Part shown: piece after piece, positions 52,006 through 60,142 of the stretch
Position numbering within the stretch: the first letter of the stretch is position 1
Layout of the letters: each line of letters begins with the position of its first letter
NCBI GenBank assembly: GCA_003971905.1
Contig: RSEE01000050.1
Location: forward strand, 434,001-494,142
Length of the DNA stretch: 60,142 nucleotides
Reading direction: 5' to 3'
From: Moniliella sp. 'wahieum'
Taxonomy: Eukaryota
The notes under the pieces: generated by a model
Databases searched by the model: none
The model's input: the letters and a program-made list of their open reading frames with translations, nothing else
What the model was told of the DNA's origin: nothing
Position numbers and translations under genes: made by a program

Positions 52006-52548
52006 TTACTTGAGCGGAATGAAACGGCCCGCCTGGGCGCCCAGACCGGACGTCCATGTGCCGAGGGGAGGTAGGTCATAGCAAACTCGCCAAGGTAGTG
52101 GGCCACCATCTCAGGCTTGATCTCCACCGTGGCAAAGACCTTGCCGGTGTAGATGCCAATCACCGAGCCAATCATTTCGGGCACGACAATCATGTTGCGC
52201 AGGTGCGTCTTGACAAGCGCAGGCTTCTCGTTGGGAGGCGCCTCCTGCTTGGCCTTGCGAAGCTTCTTGATAAGACCCATAGGCTTGCGCTTAAGACCGC
52301 TGGAAGCGACGGCGCGCACGGGCGTGGACAATGCCCATGAACTCCTCGTTGCTCAGGTCGAGCAGCTTCGAGAGCTCAATCCCGCGGTAGTAGGACTTCT
52401 TGAACGTCCGGCGGGCCTTGAGGGCGGCCGCCCAGCAGCATCGTACGAGTCCCTGGAATAACGGTCAGCACGGGCTCAACGCAACCCGTCAGGGCGAGAA
52501 ACGGGGCAGATGTAGCCTAGTCCAAGGGCCTTGCCACAACACTCACAT
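52006..52548 (-). CDS. RPS15: 40S ribosomal protein S15 (uS19)
   Basis: [69 protein letters not shown] and RFIPLK*. Intron 52453-52546. Confidence 0.96.
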
Positions 52549-53097
52549 ATTGAGCTTGCTTGGTGGGCTGGGGCACGTCGATGGTGCGCTGGAGGTCAGC
52601 TTCGTTCAGGCTAGGCGCACAACGGTAGGGTTACTCTCTGCTGCGGCGCATAAGCAGGCATTTCGGCACAGGAGGACTGTAGATCTCGTGGGGAAAATGG
52701 CTCGGTTGAGATTCGTAGTAGGGTTGTACGCGCCTATTTGTACACTCGCCCGCTTGGAATGGGCAAGGGGGGAATCTGGGGAATTGCAGCAGCGCACCAA
52801 TTGGGGACAGCAACCCGCAACAATGTTTCTGTTCGGTCTTCGCCCTGGCCAACACCGTGGTAACCATGTCTCTTTACAGCTGCTCTACGATGTTGGTCTA
52901 CGAAGGCCGTCACGCACGTCAAGTACCACATTAGAAGTCAGATGTTTTGCATAACAGCCTCGAGCGAACGAGGGACGGAGACGACGAAAATAGGCTAGGA
53001 AAGCGACGTGGGCGGTCCGTCATCGACGGTGACCATTCCAGCGCACCGACACCAACGATTAAGTAGGGGAGCGAGGGGGAGGCTTCGGTAGTCAAAA

Positions 53098-56000
53098 TCA
53101 GAACATGCCGCCGTACATGCCCGTGGGCTGTGGCCCAAACCCAGTTGGGGCAGCAGTGATCATACGAGGACCCATCGCACCCGGGCCCAGGATTGGCGTG
53201 TTGTCTTCCTCCTCCTCCTTCTGGACAGACTTGGTCTGCAGGTCGCCAGTTGCTTGGCCAAGTGCTTGAGCGCCGCATTGCGCGTTGCCGTCTGCTGGAT
53301 CATGTAGGGCTGTACAAAGTCCGAGGGGATTCCCTTGCGCCAGCGCAGCTCCTGAACATAGTCCTCCTCCAGTAGCCATTCGCACGCGTACAGCATTGCC
53401 GCCGTTGCTTCCCAGTTCCCGAGCGAGACAATGTACTCGAACAACGACTTAGCAACCTTGACATTGTTCGATTCGCTCGCGGTGGCAATGGCGTCCTTCA
53501 GCAGACGATCCCGTTGGGACAGCGCAATCGATTCATCCCACAGCTTGAGACGGTTGTACAGGTAGACGGCAATCCGGCGGAACTCGAGCAGCTCCGAGCT
53601 CTCCAGGCGGCGGGCGAGCTCAAGCATGCCAAACGACTCGACGGTGCCGAGCAGCGAGCGCAACTGTGCGTGGTCCTCCTCTTCGATCAACAGGTCAAAC
53701 ACTGCATCGTTCACCTCCGGAAGGTCGAGCTTGAGCCCGAGAGAAGGAAGCCCGAGGCAAGAGGGAACTGATCTGCCTTCAGCATGCGCACCACACGCCC
53801 CTGGTCCAACGCTTGGTCGCGCCGAGGGTAACAAGAAGGTCGTGAGAAGCAGGGGATGCTGCTGGATATAGAAGTTGATCGCACGGTAGAAGATCTCAAC
53901 GTTGGATACGCGTGCAATCAAGTCTTTGAACCCATCGTGCGTCAAGTCATCCCAAACCACCACCCGTCCATCGCCATCATCGCCGCCTCATCATTCTCCG
54001 AGTCCTTGGTCAAGCAGAAGGCCGCCTCTGGGTACATGCGTACTGTTCGCACATCCGCGCAACGGGAAGGTTGATGCGCGACCAGTGGAGCTTGAGGTGC
54101 TCCATGAGCTTCGCTGGCTGGTACTTGGCCAGACTCTGGGCACACAGAGTGAAGAGGGCCTTGCTGGCACTCTCCAGTCCAAGCCCAGCCTGGAGAAGCT
54201 CGAGCAGCTCGTCAAAAGACCCAAGCGCTCGTACGCCCGGGTCAGGCCCCCGAGCTCCTCTGCATGACCCACCACCGCCAGACCAGCAATCTGGGCCAGT
54301 TTGTACTCGCCCTTCTTGAGGCAGGCCGCATGAACTTGCTTCCACACCGCCGTGTTGCCAGCCTTCCGAGCCGCCTCGACCGCGCCCTGGTAGTCGCCAA
54401 GGAACACCAGCGTGGTAGCCAAACGGGCATAGTTGGACACGCTGGTGAACAGCATCTTGGCTGCCTCGTACAACTCATCGTTGAAGCACTTCTCTCCCAC
54501 AGCGAGAAGGTCCGCCACATTGGTCATGCTCAGGAACTCCTCCATATCCGACAGACGGTTCGCCTTGGCCAAGCAGTAGGCATATTCGGTATCGATCAGC
54601 GGTTCCGGGCCTTTTTGCGCGCCATCTGGAGGAACCGAATCAACTCCCTCCCCCGCCCAGCACGCTCAGCGATCTCGATCACCTCGCTGAAGTTGGATGG
54701 ATCCTCGGCACGGATGTAAGAGTCGATCGCGTCCTTCACCCGCAGACCGTCCAGCTGAGCCTTGGCCAGGCGCGACCAAAGCTCGGGCTGATCCAGCTTG
54801 TTGGCAAGAGAGCCGCACGATCAATGGAAACAATGTGCTCCACCAACACGTTCATCGCGTCTAGCGGGCGCTCGGCCTTTTGGTAAATCTTGAGCGCCTC
54901 TTCATACAGCCCGTTGTCGATCGTAATCTTCGCAATCTCGTCCTCGTCATACCCTTGCAGTCGCTCAATCAAGCCCATCACCTTACCCTTGTCCGTCCGC
55001 ACCGCCGTGAGGAGGAGGAGGTTCTGCAACGAGCGGTTGTCACTGAAGGCAGAGGGCTCAAGGATGATCTTCTCCAACAGCTCAATCAACTCGTGGGCAA
55101 GTCGGCCATAAACGCCTTCACCGTCACCGAAACGTCTCCGGGTTGGTCGACTCGGGCACAGCCGTGGCCACGACTTGGTCGATCAGCTGGCGACGATGCA
55201 CATTCTCCGACGACAACCACGTCCCAGAGCGCCAAGTCCCGACGCAGCACAAGGTAGCGAGCCTGGTGCTTGAACATGCCGTTCTCATTCGTCACGCGGA
55301 TCAGGTCCTCATCGCAGAAACCTTTGGCGTACGCAATGTAGGCCAGGTACGGGTCCCGCGTCTCGGAGTAGGTGCCGATGGCCTTGGGGTCATACAGAGT
55401 GTTCTCCTTCAGGAACTGCTCAGGGTTGTTGTTGGTGTCGATGTAAATCTTCGCCAACGCATTGTAAAGCGCTTGGTCCGTCTCCCCCGCAGCGACGCGG
55501 CTTTCAATCCAGGGCAGGATGAGCTTCAGCCGGTTACGCTTCTCCACCTCCGCCACCAAGTCTTCGATGGAAAAGGGGCCAGTGACAGACGCGAGCAAGT
55601 TCTTGATCACGCCCGTCGCAATCCACGTCCAGCAGCGCGCCAATCACTTCGGGGGTGCGCTCGAGTTGACCCGTTGAACGTACGTCTCAAAACTGAGGCA
55701 TCATCTTCTGGTACAAGTACAGCACCAGGTCGTGCACAAAGTTAAACCGGTCGCACACGATAATGAGCGGCAGTGGTCCTGCAGCTTGGCCTCCTTCAGG
55801 AAGTTCTTCACCTTTCGGGGTTGTAGTAGTTGGACTCGCGCGCAATCCGCTCCACTTCGCGATTTGACCGGTCCGAGTGGCGGCCTGGATGTACTTGAAG
55901 TGCACTTCCGGGTCCGTCGATAGGTTCACAACCGATCCAAGGTAGTAGTACAACCCTTCAAAGCTCTTGAAGCTCTCAAACATCTCAATAAGCTTCACTG

Positions 56001-58125
56001 GCCCCAGTAGGTCCGAGTATTTGGTCGCAATCTGCACCACCACAGCCAGTTCTGGCGGATGTTGACCTTCAGCATCTCTTTCATGCACTCGAAGCTCTGC
56101 TCGACAGTGAGTCGCCCAAAGTACTCCACGAGCCACTCCGTGTTGATCTGGACGTGTGCACCACGACCCGCTTAATATCACGAATGTCATCATAGTGTTC
56201 AAGCGCACGCTGTAGTAGCCCGGCCTTCTCAGCCAAGTTGGCGATGCGAGGACGGTCGTAGTGGGTAAACATATTGTTGCCCAAATAGCGTCCGCGACCT
56301 GGGGTGCATTGACCAGGTTCATCTCCAACAGACGCGTCTGAAGATGGCCTTGCTCAGGCTTGTTGTCCTTGAGCGCGTCCAGAAGGAACGATGTGGCCTG
56401 CTGGATCATGTTTTGGCTCATAAAGATGTCCATCAACCCGCTCACATCCACCAGCGGGCCCGATTCGTCCTGCACGAGCGTCGATGCGAATTCAGCACCC
56501 TTCTCGGGGTCCCGACGGACGATATGCTGCAGAAGCGTCGCATAGTCCGGAGTGTAGCCCACCTTGCGTGCACAGTACAATCTTGTCAACTTGACCCAGC
56601 TCAGCCATCGAAGCAACAACCTTATTGGGCACGTTGGCTCGAAGGTAGATGCTAAGCGCCAGGCTCATGTCGCTAAGGCGGACGATATCACCCAGCTCCT
56701 CAGAGCATTCAATCTTGTCCTCAGTCAGCCACTTCTCCAAAAGGTGCTTGCGGCCCTGCTGCAGCACCGGGCGGGCAAGTTCCAGCGACTCGTATTTGTT
56801 AAGGCTTCCACGTCGAGGAGAATGCCAAAGTACTGAAGGATGGGGCTGAGGGTGCCCTGCTTGCCGGGACCTGCTTGAACTTCTCAATTGTCTCGGTGTT
56901 CGAAGAATGCCACGAGGACTGTTCGCTGCAGTTTTGGCTGCCTCGCCAAACTGGCCAGAAGCGAACAGTTTGTTGAATTGCTGAAGATACAGGTCATCCG
57001 CCCCTGGCAGGTTGCCCCCGACGCCAACTTAAATGCGAGTTGAGTGTTGTTGAGCGTGTTGAGCGTGTAGGGCACCAACGTGTTTTCGTCGGCCGCCACT
57101 GACAAGACCTGGCCCTTACGGTTAATGGCGATGATACCGCTCATTGACTCGTATGGCGCCGAGGTGAATACTGTCTCGCCAGATATGCGGTTCATGTAGA
57201 TGCACGTCCCGACTCCAGGTCGTAAAGATGTACAAAACCGTACTTCGTAATCAGGTAGATGATCCCGAAACGCTTGCTGATCTGCATGGCGACGGGGAAG
57301 TCATTAGCCGCCTCGGGGGGGAAACACGTCGACAGCCTTCTTGGCAAACGCAGGCTGGCCTTGCTGGTGGTCAATTTCGACAATGTGCAGGCGGGCGCCC
57401 GTGGCAGTGCGGACCGAGAAAGTGAAGAGTTTTAGGGGTCGGAGCATCATCCGTCTTCAGTTCGGCAAAAGCTGCGGCGTGACCCTCGATGGCTGGGACA
57501 CATTGAGGCGCTTATTGTAGAGCTGGATGTTGCCCTTGATCTTGAAACCCCCAGGGGTGTTGCCCGAAATACCCACCAGGACCATCCATTCCGCATCGGC
57601 GGTGGTGCGGTAGTTATGATTTGGGAGCCGACGAGAGATGCATGACGGTCAAAGACCTTGGTCGGGTCTCCCTCGACCTCCATTGGCCAATGGTACACGG
57701 CGTGGGCGGTGACGATCCGAGGGTGACTCACTGATCCAGGTCCAGTAGACAACATCCTCGTTCATCACATGACTCTTGACTTTAGTCTTGGCTTCTATGC
57801 TGAATATCTGCAGCTGACGGCCCGCCTTGAGGGCAAGGATGCGCTGAGTGGGGTGCATGATGGCCGAGTCGGCGGTGATGGGCCGGCGGAGGCTGCAGAG
57901 AGGAAGAGAGCAACGAGGGTTAGCTTGCTTATGGATGGGAAGGAAGATCATCACGCACACATTGCTCACGTCATTGAGGTCGACGATGACCACGGAGCCA
58001 TCTTCACGAACGCAGACAAAGTTCTCAGACTCAAGGGTGACCGTAGCGAAGGAGATGGCCTCTGGAGCGACGCCCAGACTGGTGAGCTGGACGTGCTCGG
58101 AGAAGACGATGGGCTTGTCGGCCAT
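53098..58125 (-). CDS. CHC1: Clathrin heavy chain; frameshifted
   Basis: [93 protein letters not shown] and a PTG-repeat tail. Intron 57893-57958. Confidence 0.97.
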
Positions 58126-59186
58126 GGCGGGCGCCGTGGCTGACGTAGAAGGAGGGGATGGGGCGAGGGAGCGGCGGCGCCGGGCAGAGGGAAGGAGACT
58201 CGGGCGCGCTGGCCGAGAGGTGGTGGAGGGCAGAAGAAGCGACGCCGGGCTGCTGTGGCATGTCGACGGCCACGCCACACAACCAGCGCGTCACACACTG
58301 GCCGCTTGCCGCTTGCCGTCTGCGCTCCCTTGCGTACCGTGCTCCACGTCGAGGGTCACCCTTACCCGCGCGTGATGGTCAGGTGACCCAGCGCAGCTGA
58401 GGCGCTGGGGCTCAGCACGCGTTCCGCCGGGCACAGCGGAACCAACGTTGAACGTTCAAGTTGAATCTCTTTATTCCATGTTCGAGCAGGCAAAAGAAAT
58501 GTGCAACCCTACTGCCCGCCGACCACGTGACGGGTGGGTGGGGCTCGCCAATGATCGGGCATATGACAGAGTCGCGTCGACGCGTCCCTCCACTACCTTA
58601 AAAGGGGAGCGGTTGTGCAAGATAACCGAGTAACCGTGGCACAAGGCGGAGTGGTGGGGAGCCAGGAGGAGATGTGAAGAGCAATTGGGGGTATTTGCCA
58701 CAACGATACGGGGGGGGACAAGAAGAGGAGGGGGGGGGCAAAGGGGATCAGCGGAACAAGGGAGGGGATGGCGCGGACATGCCTTTGGGCTTGAAGCCGA
58801 GGTGGCCGCACGCTTGCAGGGCTGCGTATGCGCCGGCTTGGGGTAGTAACGTAAGGAACCCACGCCATGTGCTGTGGTAGGGGGAATCGACGCCGCTGAA
58901 GGAAGGCTCGCGCGCGACTGGGCAGATGGAAAGCTGCAGGACGAGGTTGGATGATGAAGATGATGCAGCTAAGTGGAGACGAGAGGTTGCCTGTATTACT
59001 GAATCATTGGCTGGAAACGTTCAGGAGTTGGACAGGAAGGCGGGAAGGGACGAGAACGAAGGTGGGATAAAGGATTCCCACTGATCGATGATGCTGACTA
59101 TTGGTTGACCCCTTTTGGTAACCCCCTCCTCATCTCTAAGCCCCATCACACTGGCAATAGTTTGACAGAGCGAAGCAGATGAAGCT

Positions 59187-60142
59187 GCTAGAGTGCGACT
59201 TGGGCCCTACGGATCAGCTGCAAATCCGCCTTCAGACAGGCGTGAAGGCAAAGAGGTGAGCACAAGTCTTCAGGCAACATCGAGTTGAAGGGACGGAAGG
59301 AGACAGGAGAGAGAAGGGAAATGAAGCGAGCAGGGCGCGCGCCCTGCGAGCGGAACTCTTCCGCGATCCACCGAGGGCCGTGCAAGGGAACCCCAGCACT
59401 ACCCTCCAACAGAAGCAGCGGAGGCTGCGAAGGCACTAAGAATTCATCCGATAGCACTTCCTCGTGTTGAATGTTGAAGGTGCCATCACGGACGGCGTGC
59501 GAAATGTTCACCGGCCCACTTGGTTACATGTGCAGCAGCTACATCCGACCAGCCCAAGTCTGCTGCCACCACCACCACCGCCCTCGCGTCTGCTCCAAAT
59601 CAGCGGGCCAGTGCATCAGAAATCAGTCGTCCATGGCAATAATGAGGGGTAGAACCTTGATGGCAGTGCCGCTGATTAGCGCAGCGGTTTGTTGTTGGAT
59701 CAACGATCAGATCGGCCATGATAAAGTGAAGAGGGCCAGGCCTTGAAGGGACACTGGGTATAGTACCGAGCCCCCGCAGTCATCCTCCTTGAATCCGGGT
59801 CCGCTTCAGCACACACCCGGTAGTGGTTCAGCCTCCAGCACGCCAATGCCGTCGGTTCAGCTTGCGCGCTCCCCTCAACACCCGTACCGCTCGTGCGAGC
59901 CTGGCCGTTGCCGTTGGCGCCGTCGCGTTCGTCAGCTGTACACAACTGAACTGCAACCGACTGACTCGACACCACCCCGGCCAACTGGGTCCTCCAGTTC
60001 CTTGCCGAATCCACCGGCAGCCCTCCTCTGACCTCCCGTCTTCCGCTCCCGCGGCCGACGATCGGGCTGCCCTCGTCAGTGACGATGGGGGACGCCAAGA
60101 GCACACGACCCCAGCCACAACCAGCTCGTTCGCTGGGACCTG
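59187..60142 (-). mobile_element. Second, highly degenerate copy of the CRE/Cnl1-like retroelement 3' end (runs off window end)
   Basis: 59187-59364 is the reverse-complement homologue of 9332-9517, with identical GCGGAAGAGTTCCGCT and CCCAAGTCGCACTCTAGC blocks. Upstream AR/HE (59887-59900, needs a frameshift) and VLEAEP (59824-59841) recall the RHE..EP RLE motifs. Confidence 0.5.

Overview
Eukaryotic, GC-rich, intron-poor fungal DNA, most likely a basidiomycete of the smut/Exobasidiomycetes type. This is inferred from short GT-AG introns with CTRAC branch points, a basidiomycete-type Cln cyclin and a CYP86/94/704-like P450. About 15 protein genes can be traced: an amino-acid permease, a P450, an Mbp1/Res APSES-ankyrin factor, MET10, a hypothetical ORF, a glutathione peroxidase, a Zn2Cys6-PAS factor, an Hsl1/Gin4/Cdr2-type kinase, a G1 cyclin, MTR4, a DUF2456-like membrane protein, a dynactin p24-like protein, SMC1, RPS15 and clathrin heavy chain. 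Almost all are broken by apparent 1-nt deletions, even the essential genes, which points to an unpolished long-read assembly rather than pseudogenes. Intergenic DNA holds two relics of a CRE/Cnl1-like non-LTR retrotransposon, a ~150-bp MITE-like family (3 copies) and a ~175-bp tandem/inverted repeat family (4 copies). The most striking unexplained signal is a non-coding 'grammar': TNA-[4-bp palindrome]-TNA units chained with 7-bp period. I counted more than 40 loci by eye, using 14 of the 16 possible palindromic cores and sometimes mixing cores in one register. Gene boundaries were read by eye across frameshifts and are approximate.
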